Source: Octopus bimaculoides (lineage: Eukaryota). Taken from it: a stretch of 45,433 bases of DNA. The notes beneath the pieces were generated by a model. It did no database searches, had not been told where the DNA came from, and saw nothing but the letters and a program-made list of their open reading frames with translations. The stretch is taken from contig NC_068981.1 of the NCBI RefSeq assembly GCF_001194135.2, positions 159,939,009 through 159,984,441 on the forward strand. Reading direction: 5' to 3'. Below are positions 11,038 through 22,575 of the stretch, one piece after another (the stretch's first letter is position 1; each line of letters starts with the position of its first letter). The translations under genes were made by a program, and so were the position numbers.

Positions 11038-12162
11038 GCGTGCGTGCATGTGACTTGCAGTATCATGTTCATTTTGACCAAACATAGTTTCCTGAAATAT
11101 AAACAGTCTAGAAAGACTGACACCAGTTGCCAGTTTCAACCAGTTAATATCATTCACAGTTCATTTATTAGTCATTATAACTGCCTCTGGGAAAGGATAT
11201 GACAAGTTCATTCATGAGTTTTGAAAAACGGGGAGAAAAAACATTTTCAAAATCTGCGAATACATTTAGTTAAGCAACTTGCCTTAAATTTTGAGTTACA
11301 TGTTCAGTAAAATAGACTTATCCCCAAATACTATATTTTTGCAAATATGTATTTTGCTGTGTTTAATTTGTGATTCAATGTAGCTACCTCTGTCATTGCA
11401 GGAGGAGGTACTAGCCATAAGGGCATTAGTTGTGCAAATACCCCATCTCTGCAACTCAGTAACTATTAAAATGTCTTATGCATATACATGTTTCAAACAC
11501 TTTAAATAGACTTTTATATACTGATTTCTTTGCTCTTTTGCATATCATACACAATTAATCTAAAAAAAATAAACATTTCCTCACTAAGCCAATTATTTTA
11601 AAATAGATTTTATTTATTATTCCATAGTTCCAGTTTTGTAATGTAAGCTGCATATATAATAAGCACTATGCAAATGCACAAAAAAAAAATGGACACAAAT
11701 TTATAAAGTAAACAGCTAATGTAATCGTTCAATATAAGGCTTCCATGTTTTGATAGGAAAAAGTGTTGTGACAACATAGGGATTGTTAAGAATGCTCTTC
11801 TCTGAAGCTTTCTCAAACAGTATTCATGGGAAGATGATGGCAAAGATACATATTTAAATTTACTTATTTGTTAAATATGTACAGAAGAGTTGTAAGTTTG
11901 CATCTCACAAAAGTAATCCTAACAGTATACAAGCATATACTGCCTTCACAGGCATATAAGACACTTTTCTTAAAATTTTTAGATATCAAAAATTGTTCTG
12001 TGTCTAATGCAGCTAAATTGCAGATAGGAGTGTTGTAGGCTGAGGAACTGGATAAGTTCACTAGGCACAATAATTGTTACTAATAATAAGGTATTGAAAA
12101 TAAACCAAAATAACAATCCTTTAGAAAAAATCTTTTTTTAATTCTTACAGTATATGAACAGT

Positions 12163-12549
12163 TGTTGTTGTTGTTGGCATTCCGTCGCTTACGACGTCGA
12201 GGGTTCCAGTTGATCCGATCAACGGAACAGCCTGCTCGTGAAATTAACGTACAAGTAGCTGAGCACTCCACAGACACGTGCACCCTTGACATAGTTCTCG
12301 GGGAGATTCAGCGTGACACAGTGTGACAAGGCTTACCCTTTGAAATACAGGCACAACAGAAACAGGAAGTATGAGAGAAAGTTGTGGTGGAAGAGTACAG
12401 CAGGGTTCACCACCATCCCCTGCCGGAGCCTCGTGCAGCTTTAGGTGTTTTCGCTCAATAAACACTCACAACGCCCGGTCTGGGAATCGAAAACGCGATC
12501 CTATGACCGTGAGTCCGCTGCCCTAACCACTGGGCCATTGCACCTCCAC
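12163..12549 (-). mobile_element. Young full-length tRNA-SINE family C with 11-bp TSD
   Basis: A box TGGCCCAGTGG (12537-12527), B box TTTCGATTCC (12492-12483), (AAC)n tail, TSD ATATGAACAGT at 12152-12162 and 12550-12560, CpG-rich. Confidence 0.92.
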
Positions 12550-12592
12550 ATATGAACAGTAATGTGGGGAGATTATGCTATCTTATTGTGTC

Positions 12593-12759
12593 CACTAGCA
12601 TGGCTAGAGTGGGTGTGCAGTCCACCCTGTGCAGCACTTTTAAGGGGGTGGCACTACTTTTGGGTCTGCTGTAGGCAATATGTATGTTTTGAGGGGGCCA
12701 GGTGGGGGAGCAAAAATGAAGTTCCATCCCGGGTGGCATACACTCTAGCTATGCTAGGG
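12593..12759. mobile_element. hAT-type MITE (167 bp) with 8-bp TSD
   Basis: TIRs cactagcatggctagagtg / cactctagctatgctaggg; TSD ATTGTGTC at 12585-12592 and 12760-12767. Confidence 0.85.
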
Positions 12760-13929
12760 ATTGTGTCTCCATCTCCAACATACATAACCCATACCTGATA
12801 TGTGTCTTAGAATACTTAATGACTTTGTTAATTTTAAGAAATATTTTTTAATTATCTAAATGAAAATTTTCCTAGAAAGATGAAAGGAATGTCAGCCTTT
12901 CATCTATCTATCAACTATCTGCAATGAGTTGACAACAATAAGACTATTCTGGTGATACACCACCCTGGTGGCTGATCACCTTTTGCACAAAACATCATTG
13001 CTAAAATATGAGTTTTATAGCCTGCATGACTATTCTGTTGACCAAAGTATTAACAACTATAAAGTTGATCTGAAAGGAGATAAAGTTGAAATATGGTACT
13101 CATATAATGTAGTTTGTTTATGATAAATTTATGGTTTCAAACTTTATTCCAGTATACTGTCACAGTATTATATTTACATGCACAGGATCATACATCTTCC
13201 CCTTTTCTGTTTGTTTTCATTTATTGATATCACCTTACATATTTTGTCCAACTTCTCACTTTCATTGCTCAAAGGATTTTTTTTTTTCAAACATTTACAT
13301 TATTCTTTTTCTACTTAAACATTAAATTTTTACAATAGGAATATTCAGAAAATATAGAGGAAAAAAACACACTATTAACTGGAATTGAATGAAGCAGACT
13401 CTATAAACATCCATTATAAAATCACAAAAGATATGATAAAATGTTAATAAGATTAAAACATTGAATCAACTTAAATAAACATTTTTCTAACAGTTATTGC
13501 AGTTCAATGCTCAGGATGTTAAGAGTAATGAACTAGAAATTTGTTAGTTTGAATCAATGTTGAATATTGAAATGTGTATTGTATGATACATCATAAAATC
13601 ATCACAAAGATAATTCCAATATCCTATGTTAGGAATCAACAGAAAGATTTCAGATATGATATGTGTAAAGAAACATAATCTGAATTCTCACAATTTACAA
13701 TAATATAAAAAAAGAAAATGTATATATGAAGTCACATTTTATTGACTCAACAACTGATTAAAATCAGAATGAAACATGTTAATATGTTAAAATAATTCTA
13801 AATATGTTTAAGTAATTCTAAATTATTGTTTATTGCCCCAGGGAGATAAATGATGACAGAAAATGGAATTTTTGACAATAGATGATGTTAAAATGACTTC
13901 TAATCAAACATAAATTCTTTTTTTTTTTG

Positions 13930-14850
13930 AGGTACCCCCGATTATTCGCAGTTTGGCTTTCATGGTCCTGACTATTCAGGGAACTGATAATTGTTTGCAG
14001 AAACCACCACATATTTGCGGAATCATAAATATCGCCCATGATTTTTGTATGGCATTTTTCGTGGCAATATACACTTTTCCACACTTTTGAAGGCTAAACT
14101 ATTAATAATAATATATTGTATTTGCCAGTTTACTGGACGCCCCTTCGCAGCTGAAGATCCCTCTGATTAGAAGAGCCATGCATCACATTGCTTGATTTTT
14201 TTTTTTTAGATACAAGTACACTGTATCTTGTATCTCTTATTCCTGCTTTCTATCAAAACTTGCTAATTCGTATAGTGACTACCAGTACATTTTTTAAAAT
14301 CATCACTACATTTGATCATACACAATGTTTATTTCAACAGGATAATTTTTAAGGTCATGAGTCAATATAGCCTCATTGAAATTAGGTTAGTTGCTGGTCC
14401 CTGTATCTCGTGGTAATACAAAACCATGATTATTTTTAATCTCTGCTCATTCCCATTGGTGGTATGTGCATATTAGATGCAATGAAGATTTTTTTTGTAA
14501 CTTTTTTCTTTTTTTTTTTTTGCAAAACGGCATCCAGTAGCTATCCCCAGTATTTTGTTGAGTGCTGTGCTTTTTGCAGCGTGTTATTAAAGCCCTAAGA
14601 TGCCACCCAAATGCCCTACACCTTCTAAGACTTCTGGCAGTGAACCTAAGCACCAGAAAAAATTTATGACGATCCATGACAAGGCACAACTGCTGGATAT
14701 GTTCCAAGAAAGTAAAAAGTTATGCTGCGGTAGGTCGCTATTATGTTATCAACAAAAGCACCATATACTACATAAAGAAGAATGAGGTGGTGATCAGGAC
14801 TACTGTAGCAGTAAGTTTCTATGAAAGTGTCAAAAATATAACTATATTGT
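13930..14850 (+). mobile_element. pogo/Tigger-like element 5' part, frameshifted
   Basis: From 14600: MPPKCPTPSKTSGSEPKHQKKFMTIHDKAQLLDM / KSYAAVGRYYVINKSTIYYIKKNE (CENP-B/psq-type HTH). The 5' boundary is approximate. Confidence 0.78.
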
Positions 14851-15265
14851 GCATCAAGAAATCATCCCCCAGGGCCAGACCATCAATCGAGAGTTCTACT
14901 CTGATGTTTTGAAGCATTTGAAGGAGGACATTCAGCAAAAGTGACTGGATCTGTAGGACTCAAAGAATTGGATTCTTCATGACAACAATGCACCCTGTCA
15001 CTAAGCTTTCCTCACTCATGAGTTTCTTGCCAAAAACAACATAGCAGCACTTCTGCACCTGCTCTATTTGCCAGATTTAGCACCTGTGGACTTCCATCTC
15101 TTCCTCAGTATGAAAATGCAGCTCAAAGGTCACTATTTTAATACTGTTGTTGAGCTCCAGAAGGTCTTTGATTCATTTACAGAAAATGACTTCCAGGACA
15201 GATTCCAAAAGTAGAAAGTGATTGGCTGCGCATAACTAGTCCTGGAACTTTTTGATACCATCTTG
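14851..15265 (+). mobile_element. Mariner (DD34D) transposase 3' fragment with right TIR
   Basis: HQEIIPQGQTINREFY...WILHDNNAPCH...YLPDLAPVDFHLF (the two mariner catalytic motifs); terminal cctggaactttttgataccatcttg + TA. Confidence 0.92.
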
Positions 15266-15267
15266 TA

Positions 15268-15795
15268 CCTTGATAAGTATCTTCCACTATAGCTCCAGGC
15301 CACCCAGAGTCTTGTGAGTGAGTTTGGTAGACAGAAACTGTGTGGAAGCCGGCGAGCTGGCAGAAACGTTAGCACGCCGGGTGAAATGCTTAGTGGTATT
15401 TCGTCTGCCACTACGTTCTAGGTTCAAATTCCGCCGAGGTCGACTTTGCCTTTCATCCTTTCAGGGTCGATTAAATAAGTACCAGTTACACACTGGGATC
15501 GACATAATCGACTTAATCCATTTGTCTGTCCTTGTTTGTCCCCTCTGTGTGTAGCCCCTTGTGGGCAGTAAAGAAATAGGAAACTGTGTGGAAGCCCGTT
15601 GTATATATCTGTGTGTATGTGTTTGTAATTGTCGTCCTCCCCACGCACACACACTTGACAACTGGTGTTGATTTCTTTACATTCCTGTAACTTAGTGGTT
15701 TGGCAAAAGAGTCACATAGAATAAATACCAGACTTAGAATATACCAGACTGAGGTTGATTCCTTCAACTAAATCCATCAAGTCAGAGCCCCAGTA
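15268..15795 (+). mobile_element. tRNA-SINE family B copy (5'-truncated) interrupted by a family A SINE
   Basis: Left part 15268-15350 and right part 15580-15795 join through the duplicated target sequence. Confidence 0.8.
15351..15579 (+). mobile_element. Young tRNA-SINE family A with 17-bp TSD
   Basis: A-box-like TGGCAGAAACG (15358), B box GGTTCAAATTCC (15421-15432), perfect TSD GAAACTGTGTGGAAGCC at 15334-15350 and 15580-15596. Confidence 0.93.
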
Positions 15796-16129
15796 AGTAA
15801 AAATGAAAGTAAAAGTAAAAATGTTTATGTTAAAGAAAATGGAAAGTGATTTAAAGTAAAACATATGTTCAGAATAAGTGGACACCATGATATTATTTTA
15901 GTTTTTGGATGCAGCTTTATCTTTTTCTCACAATTCTTACATAATGTGAGGTAGCTATGTATCTTTCCTATAACAAAACACCTGGACTCATCTCTTTATC
16001 ATACTTTAGCCTCTTAACACTTGTCTTAATGCTATCTCCTCTCTCAAATAGTCAGCCTGCTGCATAACTAAGGATGTTTTTTTTATGTTCTTTTCCAGTT
16101 TTGAAAGTTTTTCTTTTCTTTGTCTTGCA

Positions 16130-16415
16130 AGTTGCTTGGCAATCTTGCTAGAATTGGTAGCATGAATAAAGTACCCAGTACACTCTGTTCTGTGGTTGGC
16201 ATTAGGAAGGACATCCAGCCATAGAAACTTGCTAAAGATGATGATGGAACTCGATGCAGTACTGCAACTTGACACAGCCCTGTAGCTTGATGCAGTCTTA
16301 CTGCTCTTCAGGCCCAACCAAACTGTCCAACCCATGCCAGCATGGAAAACAGACATTGATGCTTATGATAATAATGATCAAGATTATGACAGTGATGATG
16401 ATGATGATGATGATG
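16130..16415 (+). mobile_element. RTE-type 3' tail repeat ending in (GAT)n
   Basis: ttaggaaggacatccagc...ccaacccatgccagcatggaaaac...(gat)n. Confidence 0.75.
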
Positions 16416-16422
16416 GGGGGGG

Positions 16423-16432
16423 NNNNNNNNNN
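16423..16432. other. 10-N placeholder gap
   Basis: N run with duplicated flanks. Confidence 1.
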
Positions 16433-16984
16433 ACAGTGATGATGATGATGATGATGGGGGGGGGGGAAGAGGACGACGACGATGACAACGACGATGATGA
16501 TGATGATGGTGATGATGGTGATGATGATGATGATTATCAATTTCAGTAGAAAAGACATGTCTGTGACACTTCCCCCATTACCTCTCCAGATAACATTCAC
16601 ATCTAGTTAAAAAAGGAACCAATATCTATATTTCATGAGAAATGGTTTCTGAGCCATAAAGATCTAGTAATCTGGTAATACAAGAATTGAGTCAATATAT
16701 ATATATAGAACAGTAGTTACACTTCAATGTCATTGATTTCCACCTAATCTAAGCTGGTTTCCATGAAATAAATATGAAAGAAAATAATATAAAACAAGCC
16801 TGGTATCACAATTTTATAAATGTATCCACTGGAACTGTTTTAGCTGACATGTTAGAAACTATAAATAGTGCTATGGATTAAATAAATGAAACACAATTAC
16901 TGATACGTTATTGTAATATGGCAGTACCACTTACGTTATTGAAAACATCATTAAACTTTGATATTTTTATCTTCACATTCATGA

Positions 16985-17226
16985 ACATTGTTGTGGTCAT
17001 TGCAATCATCATTATTGTTGCCAGCATTGTCGCCATCGTCGTTGTCATTGTTACCGCCACTGTCATCATTGTTGTTGTTGTTGTTGTTGTTGTCCTCATC
17101 ATCATCGTCGTCGTCATCATCATCATCTCATCATCAATCATCATCATCATCATTGTCATCATGATCAACATCACCAACACCATCGTAATCACTATCATTG
17201 TCATTGTCATCAATGTTATCAGCATC

Positions 17227-17284
<58 letters not shown>

Positions 17285-17520
17285 CCATCATCATCACAAT
17301 GGTTATCACTTTAATCATTATCCTCAACACTAAATTCCCCATCACTAACTTCACCACTACTTCCACCATCATATAAAAAAAAAACTACTCATCCTCATTA
17401 TTCTTCGACTCTAATTACTCTCCTCCTCCTCCTCCACCATCACCACCACCACCTCATCATCATCATCATCATCATTATTGTCATCATTATCACAGCTGGC
17501 ATAATTGTCATTATCATGAT
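16985..17520. repeat. Degenerate trinucleotide field ((CAT)n/(TTG)n/(CGT)n)
   Basis: Period-3 low-complexity sequence. Confidence 0.95.
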
Positions 17521-17827
17521 TGACTATTTGACATATTCATTCTTTCTTATTCAGTACATCAACAGGACAGACTCTCTGTACCCATCTCTACTTCATCTGT
17601 TCCAAAGTTTGATCTAATCATTCTTGGCTTGCTTAACTTTAAAATTTCCAGGAAGTTATACAATTTATTTGATCTCGTAATCAAATATTGATCCTAATTA
17701 CATTAGTACGGCATTAGAGGAAAATATGGTAGGGAAATGGAACTCATTGTTGTTATTCCTATCAACTTAGCCTACTTGAGACATTTCAAGTGTAGTCAAG
17801 AATGAATTTGCTAAACTTGCATATGAA

Positions 17828-17887
<60 letters not shown>

Positions 17888-18064
17888 GTGGGGTAAAGAA
17901 TATTCAATTGATATTTTTAACAAGTAACGTTAGGTAAAAAGGTGTTATGAGTAAAAACATTGGTGGTGAATTCATATCTGAGAATATTGCGTGTTAAAGA
18001 AAACATGACAGGGAATAAAGATGAGAGGAGATATATCGTGTAGGTCCATCTAACCCATGCCAGC

Positions 18065-18680
18065 ATGGTTATAGAGTTGAGTAATTCATTTTGTTATCAT
18101 GTGGTTCAGGATATTTGGATCCCACTGCATAGCACCATGTCATCACAAGGTCTGGTGGCTTGTATACTTCAAGGACCCTATTGCTATGCCATGATCTATA
18201 CTAGTGGGGTGAAAGCTCTTAGTAGGGCCTCCTCTGCTGGACAGGCGAAAAGGATAGGGGCCAGACAAACAGGCCACAGTTGAGACCAGTGGAGAAAAGT
18301 CATTAATGATTTATGTTCCATGGGGAGTGAAGGGATTAAGTAAGGAGTAAGTAAGCATAGTTCTGTAAGCAAGCGTCTTCTATCATAGCCTTGGTTCAGC
18401 CAAAATTTCGTAAGATTATGGGGAAGCCCATGTGCGTGTGCATGTGTATGTGTATTGGCATCTAGTGAACAAAATTGGCAGAACAAGCAAAAATACTTTT
18501 TGTGCATTTAGTTTCGACTATGTTATTTCCCTTCGCAACGATTATTAACTTTCAAGTGAGATTGCCAAAAAAGACATACCAGACAAAATCCTGGGGTCGT
18601 TATAATCAACTAAAAAACCCTTAAAGGAACTGCCTTAGCATAGCTACAGTCCAGTGACTGAAACCAGTGAAAGAATGGAA
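18065..18680 (+). mobile_element. Old tRNA-SINE family B copy interrupted at ~18137-18354
   Basis: Head ...cccactgcatagcac resumes as agcaagcgtcttctatcatagcc; 3' end cagtgactgaaac. Confidence 0.65.
18137..18354 (+). mobile_element. Short bipartite RTE-derived non-autonomous element
   Basis: RTE-like 5' UTR motifs (ggtggcttg...gctatgcc...agtagggcctcc...ggacagg...ggccagac) fused to an RTE-like 3' end (gagaccagtggagaa...tgttccatggggagtgaagggattaag(taag)n); GCATAG on both sides (18127-18132, 18355-18360). Confidence 0.55.
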
Positions 18681-19389
18681 GAATGAAAGAATGAAAAATG
18701 AAGCATTGGAAACATCGATATTACTGCTGCTTGTCCTGTTTGCTTTTCTTTTTCTTTTAAGTTTTGACTAAGCAAACCACTACATTACATTGTTTATCCA
18801 TCATGAAAACTGATTAGCAATTCTGAATATAAAATTATAGATAAAGAAGTATGTCTGGATAAATACAAAGGTATCTTGTTGGTGTGCACATTAGTGATAT
18901 ATTAAAAATAAGGACAACATAATTAATTGCGATTCAACATTTACATGCTGCAGGACTAGATTTAACTCCAGTGTTTGGAAATTTCAATTGTATGCCTATA
19001 AAATGCTGCAGTGTTAGAACTCTCTGAATTTAACAGAACACAAACAATGGGTTGTTTAAAGAATACAATGAATATTCTCCCTGGTGAAAATCATCAAAAA
19101 CAAAAATAATAAGCTAAGAGCTTTCTTTTCAAAGTATTCAGCAGTTATAGACCCACCCAAGATCTTAATTTTAAAATCCAGAATTGAAAATGCTTTTATG
19201 TGTGAAACAGTTTGTGCAATTTACACCAACAAAAACACACATTCATTTCAGTACAACAGGGATTTTACAGCTGTTTTCAACATAATCTTATCTCTTTGGA
19301 ATTATACTGAAATAGGCATTATCTCTTCATATACATGTTGCTCAGCATATTACCATCACAATCATCATTTGTTATTTTATTATCACTTT

Positions 19390-19610
19390 CCATAGAGTAG
19401 TTGAGTGAGGAAAATTAGTAGAGCATTGAACAAAATATTTCGCAGTATTTATTCCTAGTTTTCGTACTGTGAGTTCAAATCTCACCGAGGTCTAATTTAC
19501 TTCCCTCGTGGTTCAGTAAAGTAGCAGTCATATATTGGGGATCAATGCAATCAATTAACTCCTTTCTCATCAAAACTACTGTGCCTTTATTAGAAACATT
19601 TATCCCTTTT
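19390..19610 (+). mobile_element. Old tRNA-SINE family A
   Basis: gagttcaaatctcaccgaggtc core, ending ttagaaacatt. Confidence 0.65.
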
Positions 19611-20002
19611 TACTGATTGCATAACCTATTTGTCATTATCAAGTTCAACCCTAATCTAGCAGATCTACAACCAAAGTCATTCCAACCATAAACCTCTCAC
19701 ATGTTTTCAAGCATATTATATCTAGGACTGCATTATTCAATGTGTCTTTCTTTTTCTTAAGATGGTAGAAAGTGCGTGTGGTTTTTAATGAAATTTGATT
19801 GCTATTTCTAGCAGGTCAGATGAATGAATGGATTGAATGTGTGCATTATCATGCAAGCTTAATCATAACTTCTCTCTTTACTTAGAGTCAATTGCCCAGA
19901 TTTAACAAGTTCCATCATTTCAGTTTTTCTTCTAGTTATATCTACAAGCCTGTTGTAAGTTATATTTGTAAGCCTGTTGTTAGGGGTTAGGTTAGTGATT
20001 AG

Positions 20003-20125
20003 GCAAGGTGTGTGGTTAGGCAAATTATTTCACAACCACATGGTTTTGAGTTCAATCCCACAGTGTAGCACCTTGAGCAAATGTCTTTTACAAGAGCTCC
20101 AGGTCAGCCCATACCTGGTGAGTAA

Positions 20126-20208
<83 letters not shown>

Positions 20209-20585
20209 TATATGTATGTATGTATATGTATGTATATGTGTGTGTGTGTGGGCACATGTATGTATGTATGTATGTATGTATGTATGTATGTATGTATGTA
20301 TGTGTGTATGTATGTATGTGTGTGCATGTATGTGTGTGTATGTATGTGTGCATGCATGTATGTATGAGTATGCATGTCTTTCTGTCTGTCTGTCCTCGTC
20401 TGCTTAACAAACCTATAACTGAACAGTTCAGCAAAAAGATCTAATAGAATAAGTACGAGACTTAAAAAAAAATAATAATAAATAAATACTGAGGATTGAT
20501 TTGACCATCTGAAACCCTCCAAGGTAGCGATTGCCCCAGCATGGCCTCAGTCCTGTGACTGAAATGATTAAAAAATATAAAAATA
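20003..20585 (+). mobile_element. tRNA-SINE family B with expanded internal TA/TATG/TG microsatellite (20128-20370)
   Basis: Family B head and 3' end (ccccagcatggcc...gactgaaa) flank the microsatellite. Confidence 0.75.
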
Positions 20586-20794
20586 AAATATATTCATATC
20601 AGTTGACTCATATATCCTGATGTTGAGTCATATAACCTGATGTTGCTGTCTTGGAACATCATCAGATTTCGTTCAACATTTCTCTTAAGTCAACATTGCA
20701 TATCCTGTTAGCCATATTCAACCTTTTCCTTTCCAATCATTTTACATATTCAGACTATAGTTTTATACATGTTGTAAAACCTGATTTGGATGTC

Positions 20795-21192
20795 TTTTAT
20801 CTTTTACTTGTTTCAGTCAATGAGTTGCAACCATGCTTGGACACTGCCTGGAAAGGTTTTAGTTGAACAGATTGACCCCAGTATTTATAGTCTGGTACTT
20901 ATTCTATTGGTGTCTTTTGCTGGACTGCTAAGTTCATGGAGTGTAAACAAACTAACACCAGTCGTCAAGTGATGGGGCATTGAGGGCCAAACACAAACAC
21001 AAAGCCCCTGCACACACGCACATATGACAGGCTTCTATACAGTTTCCATCTTCCAAATTCACTCACATGGCATTGGTTGGCCCAAGGTTATAGTAAAGCA
21101 ATAAAAGATATTGCCCAATGTGCTATACAGTGGGACTGAACCTAAAACCACATGGTTGCAAAGTGAGCTTTATAACCACACAGCTATGCCAT
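20795..21192 (-). mobile_element. Full-length tRNA-SINE family B
   Basis: Reverse complement of the 24343-24730 copy from head (accacacagctatgcc) to tail (tttacttgtttcagtca). Confidence 0.85.
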
Positions 21193-22421
21193 ACATATGA
21201 ATGTTAAGCCTTTGTGCTAATACTACTTCCATGGTATATTAAAAAGCAGAAATTACTTAAGATGGTAGAATATCTAGTGAGGTTTGACTGATAATTCTTG
21301 TACACTAAGCAATTTTTTTCTTAACTAATATTCATAACTAACATTCTGGTCACTCCAGTATTGAATAAATCAGTGCATAGTGTCCTGTAGTATTTATACG
21401 TAGCAAACTACAGCATACAGAGGTCAAAATTTGGTCCCAAGACTCATGAGGCCCCTGGACAACTGCCCAGTACGCCCATGCCTTAAGATAGCACTTAGAT
21501 AACCCTAAAAACTGGAGTACTCATGATCAGAAAGCCTCTGCTTGATCAGGGCTGACTTTGGCCTAAACAACAACAATGACAATGACAGATACTCACAGAA
21601 CACATGGATAATCTTTACCCTAAACCTGACTTTCAGTTCCCTCATGCATAACCAGCTCTCTAAACAGGGTGCTATGTATTGTTAACATTTGATTTTTCCA
21701 ATGGAAAGAAATATGGAATCAAAAAATCTGCTATGCTTACACATATACAGACAATCAGCAGTTTCAAGGACACATAAGCAATGGTGGTGGGGGCGGTGGG
21801 ATGGGGGTGATATTGGAATGGTATCAATGAAGAGAGGAGGTAGGTATTAAAACAAAGATATATTTTAGGTTAGAATAAAGTTTAAGAATTATCTCACACA
21901 TGACACTGTTTTTAGCTTTGAAAGTGTGTTTTAAAACATATCACAGCAAAAGTTGAGACTGAGTATGATTAACACAAAGAAGAAAGAACTGACACAGTTA
22001 TGCCAAAAGAAATTATCACAAAAATATTATCACATAATTATTATTTTATGTGCTTTTTTGAAAATATTGTTAATATCTTTCAGGTTTATAAAAGCAGTGA
22101 GATGTTAGAAATAGTGTAGCATTGGATTAAATTCCTTATATTCTTTGATTTAATCTCACTATGATCTACATTTAAATCCTGTCAGGAATAGGATTTTTTC
22201 AATACAATACTGGTTAATAAAAAATATAAATAAGATAGTGAACTGGCAGAAGTGTTAGCATGCCAGGCAAAATGCTTTGCAGCATTTCATGAGTTTTTTC
22301 AGATTTTAAACACACTTAAATTGATTTTTACCCACTAATTAAATGGACAATCTCTGTTAATCAGAGTTTTCAATTCACTATGAAAGTGGCTACTGTTTAA
22401 TCATCAGTATATGCTAACAAG

Positions 22422-22575
22422 TATAGGTATGGCTGTGTGATTAAGAAGTTTTCTTCCCAATCATGTGGTTTTGGGTTCAGTCTCGCTGTGCAGTACCTTA
22501 GGCAAGTGTCTTCTACTGTAGCTACAACCTGAGTAGATTTGGTAATTGAAAACTGAAAGAAGCCTGTTGAATATA
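22422..22575 (+). mobile_element. tRNA-SINE family B 5' half
   Basis: tggctgtgtg...gggttcagtc...ggcaagtgtcttctact...gaaactgaaagaagcc. Confidence 0.8.

Noticed and set aside
11610-12070. Two hydrophobic minus-strand ORFs (77 and 68 aa)
   Set aside because: No recognisable motif and no convincing splice-site pair; AT-rich DNA yields such peptides.
12483-12549. tRNA-like sequence (also the heads of the other SINEs)
   Set aside because: These are SINE heads that continue into SINE bodies with tails and TSDs, not tRNA genes.
16388-16460. Tandem acagt(gat)n-G-run duplication
   Set aside because: The two copies flank a 10-N placeholder, typical of an unmerged contig overlap.
16908-17376. Overlapping poly-Met/Thr and poly-Ile/Val ORFs of ~153 aa
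   Set aside because: Trinucleotide microsatellite field, which is stop-free by composition.
19084-19395. 103-aa plus-strand ORF in unique DNA
   Set aside because: GTG start, no motif and no flanking splice pair.
21782-21810. G-rich run as a G-quadruplex
   Set aside because: Only three tracts of three or more G.
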